Source of the DNA: a virus
IMG/VR virus record: IMGVR_UViG_3300002835_000018
Reading direction: 5' to 3' (one strand)
DNA length: 64,000 nt
A program made the position numbers and the translations under genes. Positions 9,187 through 16,741 of the stretch are shown here, piece after piece; position 1 is the first letter of the stretch; the number at the start of each line of letters is the position of its first letter. The notes under the pieces were generated by a model. The model searched no databases. It was not told the origin of the DNA and saw nothing but the letters and a program-made list of their open reading frames with translations.

Positions 9187-10974
9187 ATGATTCTTACAAT
9201 TGGCATGGCTACATACGATGATTTTGATGGGGTTTATTTCACTTTAGAAGCATTAAAAGCATATCAGGACTTAGAAGATGTAGAGTTGGTTGTGGTTGAC
9301 ACCAAAAAAGAATCTTGTAAAGACACAGCAAATACTTGCAATGCTCTTGGTGCAAAATACTTTCATAGGCCAGATAAAATTGGAACATCTGCCTCAAGAA
9401 ATCATGTGTTTGAAGTAGCAACTGGCAAATTTGTAATGTGTATTGACTGCCATGTTTTATTAGTTAAGGATGCTGTTAAAAAACTTAAAGAATATATTTA
9501 TGCAAACATTGATACTAAGGATTTAATTCAAGGCCCATTACTCTACGATGATCAAAAAAATATATCGACTCACTTTAAACCTGAGTGGCGTGGACAAATG
9601 TATGGAACTTGGGAAACAGATTCTAGGTATTTAACTCAAGAAAAGTTTGAAATACCTATGCAGGGTCTAGGATTATTTTGCATGAGGAAAGATGCTTGGC
9701 CAAAATTTAATTCCAACTTCCGTGGTTTTGGTGGTGAAGAAGGATACATTCAAGAAAAAACAAGGCAAAATGGTGGAAAAGCCATATGCTTATCTTGGTT
9801 AAAATGGATTCATAGATTTGCAAGACCAAAAGGTGTTCCATACCCATTAGATCTTAAAGACAGAATTATAAATTATTTAATTGGATGGTCTGAGTTGGGT
9901 ATGAATTATCAGGAGGTTTTGGAGTTTTTTAAGAAGTCTTTAAACACAAATCAAATAGGTGGGATACTTAATGAGTTTTCAAAAGCTTTAGGAACACCAA
10001 TGTCAATTTCTCCTGCCAAAGACTATAAAACAAGTAAAGTTGCTTATATATTAGACGATGAAAATAGTGAAACCTATAAAAATTTTAATTGGGCGTACCC
10101 TAAAATAACCTTAGAAGACAAGTCTTTTATTTCAGCTATGACAGACTTTGTTTCTAGAGATGAGGATTATTGTTTAATTGTAAAATCTGGTGAAGTAATT
10201 GATTTAAAAACTATAGAAAAAATCGATGAATGGATTGTTATTAAACAAAAAACTTTAAAAATAGCTTCATTAAATGAAATTGAAAAAAAATCTTTTAAAA
10301 GAAAAAATGAATTTTTCTCATATAGAATTGCAGATAATGTAGACATAGATCAAAGCAAGTCATTAATAATAAGTAAAGATTTTGCAAGATTGATATTAAA
10401 CAAAAATCAAAATTTAAAATTATCGGAATTAGCAAGAATAAATAATGTAATGCCATTTGTTTTAACAAAAAAAGAAATTCCATATAGGGTAAACCCAAAT
10501 TTAAATCATTTAGATAATGTATCTGGTGGTTTAGATTTTTGTGACATTAGAGAAATTGTTTGGGCAGCAAAAGGCAAATGGTGTTTAGATATTTCTTCCA
10601 TATGTCTTCAAACCACATTAGCATTATGCCAAAAAGGTCTTGGTATCGTAAGAGTTTACGACTTTCAAAATCAAGATAAAGAAACCCTTAAAAAAGAACT
10701 TGATGTATTTGGTTATGCTAATTTTATTATTGCAGACTTAGATGAAAACATAGAAGCTCCAGAAAATGGTGAAAGAGTTTTATTAATCAATTACAAAAAT
10801 ATTCCAGATTATTTAAAAGATTTTGCTTATGAAAAACAGGCATCGTTTTTAAGAAGTGGAGATGTTTTAATAATTGTTCATCCAGAAGAAGAAATTAAAG
10901 AAGTTTTTTCTGATGTTGCAGACTACAAGACTCAGTTTATTTCAGATAAGTGTTTAATAGCAGTAAAGTCATAA
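9187..10974 (+). CDS. GT-A fold glycosyltransferase (GT2/GT27-like) with additional C-terminal domains
   Basis: LTIGMATY, VVVD, SRN, DCH (DxH), PMQGLGLF, FGGEE and HRF motifs. The C-terminal 330 aa are unassigned. Confidence 0.8.
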   Translation: MILTIGMATYDDFDGVYFTLEALKAYQDLEDVELVVVDTKKESCKDTANTCNALGAKYFHRPDKIGTSASRNHVFEVATGKFVMCIDCHVLLVKDAVKKLKEYIYANIDTKDLIQGPLLYDDQKNISTHFKPEWRGQMYGTWETDSRYLTQEKFEIPMQGLGLFCMRKDAWPKFNSNFRGFGGEEGYIQEKTRQNGGKAICLSWLKWIHRFARPKGVPYPLDLKDRIINYLIGWSELGMNYQEVLEFFKKSLNTNQIGGILNEFSKALGTPMSISPAKDYKTSKVAYILDDENSETYKNFNWAYPKITLEDKSFISAMTDFVSRDEDYCLIVKSGEVIDLKTIEKIDEWIVIKQKTLKIASLNEIEKKSFKRKNEFFSYRIADNVDIDQSKSLIISKDFARLILNKNQNLKLSELARINNVMPFVLTKKEIPYRVNPNLNHLDNVSGGLDFCDIREIVWAAKGKWCLDISSICLQTTLALCQKGLGIVRVYDFQNQDKETLKKELDVFGYANFIIADLDENIEAPENGERVLLINYKNIPDYLKDFAYEKQASFLRSGDVLIIVHPEEEIKEVFSDVADYKTQFISDKCLIAVKS

Positions 10975-10983
10975 GTTTTTATC

Positions 10984-11009
10984 GGTGTATTTATTGTAAG
11001 GAGTACACC
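10984..11009 (+). promoter_or_regulatory. GGTGTA motif with inverted TACACC enclosing the RBS
   Basis: GGTGTA-tttattgtAAGGAG-TACACC, then ATG 11013. Confidence 0.5.
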
Positions 11010-11012
11010 ATC

Positions 11013-11534
11013 ATGGCAAAATTATTTACGCTTTCTGCTGATGTTAAAAAAATCGCCCAAGATGCTATAGATGATCTAATAGATCAGCTTGGCAAAGATT
11101 GTCTTCTTTTATTTCCGGCACTTCCAGAGATATGTGAAAACTGTGTTTTGGACCCAATTGGGAACAAATCATCAAACTACTGGATAAATGGTGGACCTAT
11201 ACCATTTCCAAATGGTTCTATTTGCCCTTCTTGCAATGGTTCTGGCTATCATTTTAAACAAATGACAAAACCTTTAAAGCTTCTTATTGGCAATAGCCCT
11301 TCAGAATGGTTTGTTAAAATGCCTTCTGGACTTCAAGTTCCAGCGGGAATGATACAAACAAAAGGATATATTTCAGATTTACCAGATGTTTTACAATCAA
11401 GGAAGCTAATTGTACAGATAAGCTTAGAACCTATGGTAAGATTCACATATGAACTCTATGGCGAACCTATTGATCAAGGAAACATCGTTCAAAACAGGTA
11501 TTGGGTAGGAATGTGGAGCAGGGTGGGTGCTTAA
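11013..11534 (+). CDS. Putative head closure / neck protein with Zn-binding insert
   Basis: CENC...CPSCNGSG motifs; position in the neck cluster; AAGGAG RBS. Confidence 0.5.
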   Translation: MAKLFTLSADVKKIAQDAIDDLIDQLGKDCLLLFPALPEICENCVLDPIGNKSSNYWINGGPIPFPNGSICPSCNGSGYHFKQMTKPLKLLIGNSPSEWFVKMPSGLQVPAGMIQTKGYISDLPDVLQSRKLIVQISLEPMVRFTYELYGEPIDQGNIVQNRYWVGMWSRVGA

Positions 11535-12179
11535 ATGAATAAATATACAGTTAGGATTGATGAAAATGAATTTTATAGTGCTGCAAACAAAGAAATTGTA
11601 AAAGTTGTTGGTGAATCTATTAGCTTTGCTATTAGAAAGACTAGAACTCTCTTTGTGCAAGAAATAAAAACGGCTTTAAGACAAGACATTGTTTATTTAG
11701 AGCTTTTAAATTATATTGATGGCATTCTTTATTATGATGTTGGTTTAGCAAATGCTGGACAAGTGGCAGAACAAATAGTTGAACTAGTGGCAAGCTCAAT
11801 AGAACTTAGAAAACTTCCTGCAAGAAGAAATGATTTGGGTGGAATAGGATTAACTGTTTTAAAAGATGGTATACAACCAATATTGTCTTTGCCAATGGGT
11901 TCTTATCAATCTAAGGGTGGAAAAGTTGATTGGTTAGATTGGCTTCTCACTGCTGGAACATCGGAAGTCATTTCTGGATATAGAGTTATGTACGGATTTT
12001 TTGACACATCAAGGACTGGACAGGCTATTATGGTTAAATCAAAAACTAAGGGATTCAGTATTGACCCTGATTATGCTGGAACAGAAAATGACAACTGGAT
12101 AACAAGATCTCTTAAAAGAGTTGAAGGAAATATATCAAATTTATTTCAAAAAGTTATAAAAGACTACATAAATATATAG
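11535..12179 (+). CDS. Putative neck / tail completion protein
   Basis: Position; WL.WLL..GT and AGT..DNWITR motifs reminiscent of HK97 gp10-like proteins. Confidence 0.4.
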   Translation: MNKYTVRIDENEFYSAANKEIVKVVGESISFAIRKTRTLFVQEIKTALRQDIVYLELLNYIDGILYYDVGLANAGQVAEQIVELVASSIELRKLPARRNDLGGIGLTVLKDGIQPILSLPMGSYQSKGGKVDWLDWLLTAGTSEVISGYRVMYGFFDTSRTGQAIMVKSKTKGFSIDPDYAGTENDNWITRSLKRVEGNISNLFQKVIKDYINI

Positions 12180-12186
12180 GTGAATA

Positions 12187-13152
12187 ATGGGAACATTGTC
12201 AAAATTTGCTGGAGTTGTTAATTATGGCGACCCATTATTTTCAGACACATTAGAATCGTCTGTTTATATGTTTATGCAAGCAGCTTTTTTGAACATTGGT
12301 GCTTTTACTAATGTTGTTATACCTACTGGAACATACCCATCTGGTGTTGGATCACATTCTTTTGAGCCTTATAAGCTTAGATTGGCAAGAGATCCAAGAT
12401 ATACATCAGGAAAAGCTTGGGAAGGCATCAGGTCTGAATGGGTTTGGGAATCATCTATTGATTATACAACTCAGCCGATATCTATTAGTGGTGTTTTTGT
12501 AAACAATAGCTTTTATGAAAATACTACTACTGGCCCCTCTGGTTTTAAAATAAACTATCCAGAAGGCAAAATAGTATTTAACACAGCACTACCAGCAACT
12601 TCAGTTGTTAAATGTGCTCATTCATATAGAAATGTTAGGGTTGCATCATCAGACACCAATTGGTTTCAATCTGTGCAATTCAACAGTTTTCGTGGGGATG
12701 ATGTTCAATTTTCTCAGAAGGGTTCTGGAACTTGGGATATTTTGGCAATGAATAGGGTGCAGCTTCCTGCTGTTGTTTTAGAGTCATTACCAGCAGTAAA
12801 TATGAAACCATATGAACTTGGTTCAATAAATAGGGTTCATTATCAAGATGTTTTTATGCATGTTATAGCGGAAACACCTTGGGATAGAAAACAAATACAC
12901 GACATAATTGTAAATCAGTATCAAAAAAGGATATCTTTAATAAATAAGAAAAAATTATTGGCAGATAATAAATACCCTCTTAATTTTGAAGGCAATATAG
13001 CACCTTCTGGTATAACTTATGATCAAATGTTGACCACTGGATACAGTTTGCAGCCTGTTTCTTGGGATAAAATTAGATCTCAAGAGCAAATTACTGCACC
13101 ACCAATGTTTGCAGCAACCATTAGGGTTACTTTCTCAATAGATTCTTTATGA
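12187..13152 (+). CDS. Putative tail terminator protein
   Basis: Immediately upstream of the tail tube; LPAVVLE...YELGS...VIAET..DR pattern. Confidence 0.5.
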   Translation: MGTLSKFAGVVNYGDPLFSDTLESSVYMFMQAAFLNIGAFTNVVIPTGTYPSGVGSHSFEPYKLRLARDPRYTSGKAWEGIRSEWVWESSIDYTTQPISISGVFVNNSFYENTTTGPSGFKINYPEGKIVFNTALPATSVVKCAHSYRNVRVASSDTNWFQSVQFNSFRGDDVQFSQKGSGTWDILAMNRVQLPAVVLESLPAVNMKPYELGSINRVHYQDVFMHVIAETPWDRKQIHDIIVNQYQKRISLINKKKLLADNKYPLNFEGNIAPSGITYDQMLTTGYSLQPVSWDKIRSQEQITAPPMFAATIRVTFSIDSL

Positions 13153-13156
13153 TTTT

Positions 13157-13205
13157 GGTGTATTTGTTAGGTGAGGGGCAGTTTTGTTTGGACAGACAAT
13201 ACACT
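13157..13205 (+). promoter_or_regulatory. GGTGTA motif with inverted AATACACT just before the RBS of the tail tube gene
   Basis: GGTGTATT (13157) and AATACACT (13198-13205), then AGGAG and ATG 13219. Confidence 0.5.
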
Positions 13206-13218
13206 TAGGAGAAAAGAA

Positions 13219-14310
13219 ATGTCAAATAGAAGAATTTTTTATGCTTGCCAAGCTGTAGGTATTGGCGGTGACGGTGTTGAACTTAATAGTGCAAACTTCC
13301 GTGAAATTCGTGGTTTACAAAGCGTTGGTATTAATACCACCTTTAATCTTGAACAAGTTTTTGAAATCGGTATGATTTCAATCTATGAAAACATCGAAAA
13401 TATTCCAGATGTTGAAATAACTCTTGAAAAAGTTCTTGATGGTTTCCCATTGATTTATCATCTTGCTACCAGTGATGGTTCCACTAGTGCTACCCTTGTT
13501 GGTAGATCTAATGCAAAAGCTGGCCTAGCACTTTCTATTGTTGATGATACTTTTGAAGCTGCTTCTGGAACACCAAACACAACTTGCTTTATCTCTGGTT
13601 GTTTTGTTAGCCAAGTTAGCTATAAAGTTGCAGTAGATGGAAATGCTACTGAATCAGTAACTTTGGTTGCCAACAATAAAACTTGGTCAACTGGCACTAC
13701 TTGGACTGCTGATTTCCAACCAGTAGATGTTCCAGGAACAGGTGCTGTTCCAGGAAGTACTTGGGATGCTGATCCATATGATGATGCAACTGCATCTGCT
13801 GGTCAAATTGCCTCTGGTATTGCTCGTAGGCAACATGTTGACATGGCTCAATCATTGTTTCCAAAATGTATTCCTGGTATTGATGGAACAGGTAAAAACA
13901 CTTTGGATAGTATTCTTAAGTGCTATAAAACATCTTTCCAATCTTTTTCGACCTCTGCTAATCTTGGTCGTGAACAGATTCTTGAGCTTGGTCGCAAAGC
14001 ACCATATTTCCGTTATGTTAAATTTCCAGTAGCAGTTACTTGCGAATTGGCAGTTATAAGCAAGAACGGTGATCAAATTGGTGCAACTGAAGATGGTGTT
14101 CTTGGTAACGGTAAAAACCTTAATGATGAAACCATTAAGTTGTATTTAACCGAAGGCACTGTTATTGATCTTGGTGGCAAGAACAAGTTGCAGTCTGCTA
14201 ATTATCAAGGTGGTGGAACTGACGGTGGCAATGCTACTGTTACTTACAGCTTCCAGACCTTTAATGATTTCAAGGTTACGCACACTAAAGATCCTGGTTC
14301 TTTTTCGTAA
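13219..14310 (+). CDS. Major tail tube protein
   Basis: GLQSVGI.T.F.LEQVFE.G and internally repeated REQILELG motifs, strong RBS, followed by a terminator and the chaperone/TMP genes. Confidence 0.7.
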   Translation: MSNRRIFYACQAVGIGGDGVELNSANFREIRGLQSVGINTTFNLEQVFEIGMISIYENIENIPDVEITLEKVLDGFPLIYHLATSDGSTSATLVGRSNAKAGLALSIVDDTFEAASGTPNTTCFISGCFVSQVSYKVAVDGNATESVTLVANNKTWSTGTTWTADFQPVDVPGTGAVPGSTWDADPYDDATASAGQIASGIARRQHVDMAQSLFPKCIPGIDGTGKNTLDSILKCYKTSFQSFSTSANLGREQILELGRKAPYFRYVKFPVAVTCELAVISKNGDQIGATEDGVLGNGKNLNDETIKLYLTEGTVIDLGGKNKLQSANYQGGGTDGGNATVTYSFQTFNDFKVTHTKDPGSFS

Positions 14311-14331
14311 CGGTTAATTGATTTAATAAAC

Positions 14332-14367
14332 GAGTCGCAAGTAACCCTTGCGACTCCTTTAATTTTT
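14332..14367 (+). terminator. Intrinsic terminator
   Basis: Perfect 10-bp stem GAGTCGCAAG-taacc-CTTGCGACTC followed by CTTTAATTTTT. Confidence 0.8.
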
Positions 14368-14378
14368 AGGAACATTGG

Positions 14379-15425
14379 ATGGAACAGGCAATAAAGGAAC
14401 TCTACATTAGTAGAATCATTTCTGGATTTTTTCGTTGCAAAGTAAACGGAAAAGTTTATCTAATAAAACAACCAGATCGCCATACAAGACATATCGCACA
14501 AGAGATATATTTAGAAGCATTGCGAGATGCTGAATTAGATGGTTTATATAACGACAAAGAAATAAAAGAATTTTTATACGAAAACTCAATTTGGTCTGAA
14601 GAAAAAGAAAACGACTTAAAACAAGTTCAACAAGATATAGAAGACTATAAAGTAAAACTTTTTCAAGCAGCTTTCAAATCTGAAGAAAGAAAAGTTCTTA
14701 GAAAATTTTTAAGTATGGCAAAAGAAAAAATGTCTGAGTTACTACAACAAAAAAATTACTACAATCACCTATCGTGTTCTGGAACAGCCTCAATGATGAG
14801 GATTCGTTATCTAGTTGGTAAAAGCCTATATAATGAAGATGGCACTAGGGTTTGGGAAAACGATGACTTTTGGAAAAATGTAGAACCTTTGCTAGAAGAA
14901 GTTACAACAATTTTTATAGACAGTAGAATAAGCGAAGAAGACTTTAGGGAGATGGCTAGAACAGAGCCTTGGAGATCTACTTGGTCTTGCAAGAAGTGTG
15001 AACGAGAAGTTTTTGGTGTTCCAACCGTAGATTTAACAGAAGATCAAAAATCTTTAGTGATTTGGTCTACTATGTATGATAATATTTATGAACACCCAAG
15101 TTGTCCACAGCAGGAAATAGTTGACGATGATGACTTGATAGATGGATGGATGATTGTGCAAAGGAAAGAAAGACAGAAAAATCAAACAAAATTACAAGTA
15201 GAAGACCTGATATCTAATGATAAGATTAAGAATAGCGGAGAAGTTTTTGTTATAGGGCAATCAAAAAGTGATCGAGAAAGAATTGATTCATTGAATGATG
15301 ATAATGCAAAAAATATAAAAAGACAAAGATTGAAAATGATTCAAGAAAAGGGTTTTTTAAACGAAGTAGACATGCCAGATACAAAACTTGATTTACAGAT
15401 GCAATCTAATAAATTAAGGAGATAA
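14379..15425 (+). CDS. Tail assembly chaperone (long, GT-like)
   Basis: Between the tube and TMP genes; N-terminal half is paralogous to 15795..16658. Confidence 0.55.
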   Translation: MEQAIKELYISRIISGFFRCKVNGKVYLIKQPDRHTRHIAQEIYLEALRDAELDGLYNDKEIKEFLYENSIWSEEKENDLKQVQQDIEDYKVKLFQAAFKSEERKVLRKFLSMAKEKMSELLQQKNYYNHLSCSGTASMMRIRYLVGKSLYNEDGTRVWENDDFWKNVEPLLEEVTTIFIDSRISEEDFREMARTEPWRSTWSCKKCEREVFGVPTVDLTEDQKSLVIWSTMYDNIYEHPSCPQQEIVDDDDLIDGWMIVQRKERQKNQTKLQVEDLISNDKIKNSGEVFVIGQSKSDRERIDSLNDDNAKNIKRQRLKMIQEKGFLNEVDMPDTKLDLQMQSNKLRR

Positions 15426-15427
15426 AA

Positions 15428-15811
15428 ATGGATGTTGAAAAACAAATGCAGGATGCGTTAAGATTAAGTCAGGAGGAAAATGAAAAGGGTAAAAAAAAAT
15501 ATCAATCAGATTCAAGAGCTAGGCTTTTTAAAATTACTAGCACAAAAGTTAGGACTGCCTTTATTGGTGCGTTATCTTCTTTTGAGCAAAATTTTGGAGA
15601 GCTTTGGGGGCATCGCTTGCCAGAAAGTGAACTGACAGATGAACAGTTAGAATGGAAGCAATTATGGGAAGAATGTAGAACGGCAGTACTCAACAACGGT
15701 AATCATCAAATAAGAGCAGTAGAAAATGAGATGGGCCAGTATGCGATTTCTTGGAATAGACACCAGACTTTTCTAAAAACAAAGGAGGACAAAGATGAGT
15801 GTCAACGATAA
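15428..15811 (+). CDS. Hypothetical protein in the tail chaperone region
   Basis: 127-aa helical ORF with AAGGAG RBS. Confidence 0.5.
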   Translation: MDVEKQMQDALRLSQEENEKGKKKYQSDSRARLFKITSTKVRTAFIGALSSFEQNFGELWGHRLPESELTDEQLEWKQLWEECRTAVLNNGNHQIRAVENEMGQYAISWNRHQTFLKTKEDKDECQR

Positions 15812-16658
15812 CAAGAAGGTTTTTAAGGTAACTCTTGATAGCAAAGAGATGGAATTGTGCGTAATTCGCCCTAATGTCAAACAACGACAAGAAGGGCAAA
15901 AGACATACAATAAGGCATTTCGGGATGCAGTCGAATCAGGTGCTATCCTTCGTGCTAAAGTAAACAATGTGATGCGAGAGCAGAACTTGTGGGATGACAA
16001 TAAGGAAGCTCAGTATAAAAAATTAATTGAAAAAATTAATTCTAATGAAAGAAAGATCAAGTCTGGCGGTATTAAACTGTCTGAGGCAAAGGACTTAGCC
16101 CTTCAAATGAAGAAAGACAGGGCTGAACTTAGGTCGCTTACATCTGAGCGTTCTTCGTTAGATTCAAATACTGCTGAAGGTCAAGCAGATAATGCACAAT
16201 TCAATTACTGGGTTAGTGCTTGTACGGTGTATTCAGATACGGGTAAAACTTATTATGCTAGTTATGAAGACTATCTAAATAGGGATGATGACCCAGTAAC
16301 TAATCCAGCAGCAAGTAACCTAGCGTTGATGCTGTATAACCTTGATCCAGACTACGAAAAAAAGCTTCCAGAGAATGAATTTCTTAAGAAGTACAAGTTT
16401 GTAGATCAAGACTTGAATTTTGTTAATAAAAGTGGCCACAGGGTTGATTCCGAAGGAAGATTAGTCAACAAAGATGGCAGATATATCAATGAAAAAGATG
16501 AACTAATTGATATTCATGGCAATCTGGTTGATGAAAAAGGGGAGTATATTGTTGAATTTACTCCATTCTTGGATGATGAAGGCAAGCCCTTGGCTGAAAA
16601 AGCTGAAAAGGTTCAAGCGGTTGAACCTGTTGAAAAGAAAGATATCGAAAGTAAGTAA
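15795..16658 (+). CDS. Tail assembly chaperone (G-like) with C-terminal beta-hairpin repeats
   Basis: Directly upstream of the TMP; AAGGAGG RBS; VD.EG.LV type repeats. Confidence 0.55.
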   Translation: MSVNDNKKVFKVTLDSKEMELCVIRPNVKQRQEGQKTYNKAFRDAVESGAILRAKVNNVMREQNLWDDNKEAQYKKLIEKINSNERKIKSGGIKLSEAKDLALQMKKDRAELRSLTSERSSLDSNTAEGQADNAQFNYWVSACTVYSDTGKTYYASYEDYLNRDDDPVTNPAASNLALMLYNLDPDYEKKLPENEFLKKYKFVDQDLNFVNKSGHRVDSEGRLVNKDGRYINEKDELIDIHGNLVDEKGEYIVEFTPFLDDEGKPLAEKAEKVQAVEPVEKKDIESK

Positions 16659-16681
16659 TAACGGACAGTATCTTCAAAGAT

Positions 16682-16727
16682 GGGTAGTGAGTAATCGTAC
16701 ATTTACGCTTATTCCCTGCCCTTTTTT
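16682..16727 (+). terminator. Long imperfect hairpin plus U-tract immediately upstream of the TMP
   Basis: GGGTAG/CTGCCC, GAGTAA/TTATTC and CGTA/TACG stems followed by TTTTTT. Confidence 0.55.
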
Positions 16728-16741
16728 ATTGGGGTGAAAAA

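Noticed and set aside
15350-15391. Slippery heptamer G GGT TTT near the end of the first chaperone gene; a -1 shift enters the frame of the next ORF
   Set aside because: The -1 frame stops at TGA 15389-15391, before the next ORF starts at 15428, so no fusion is possible.
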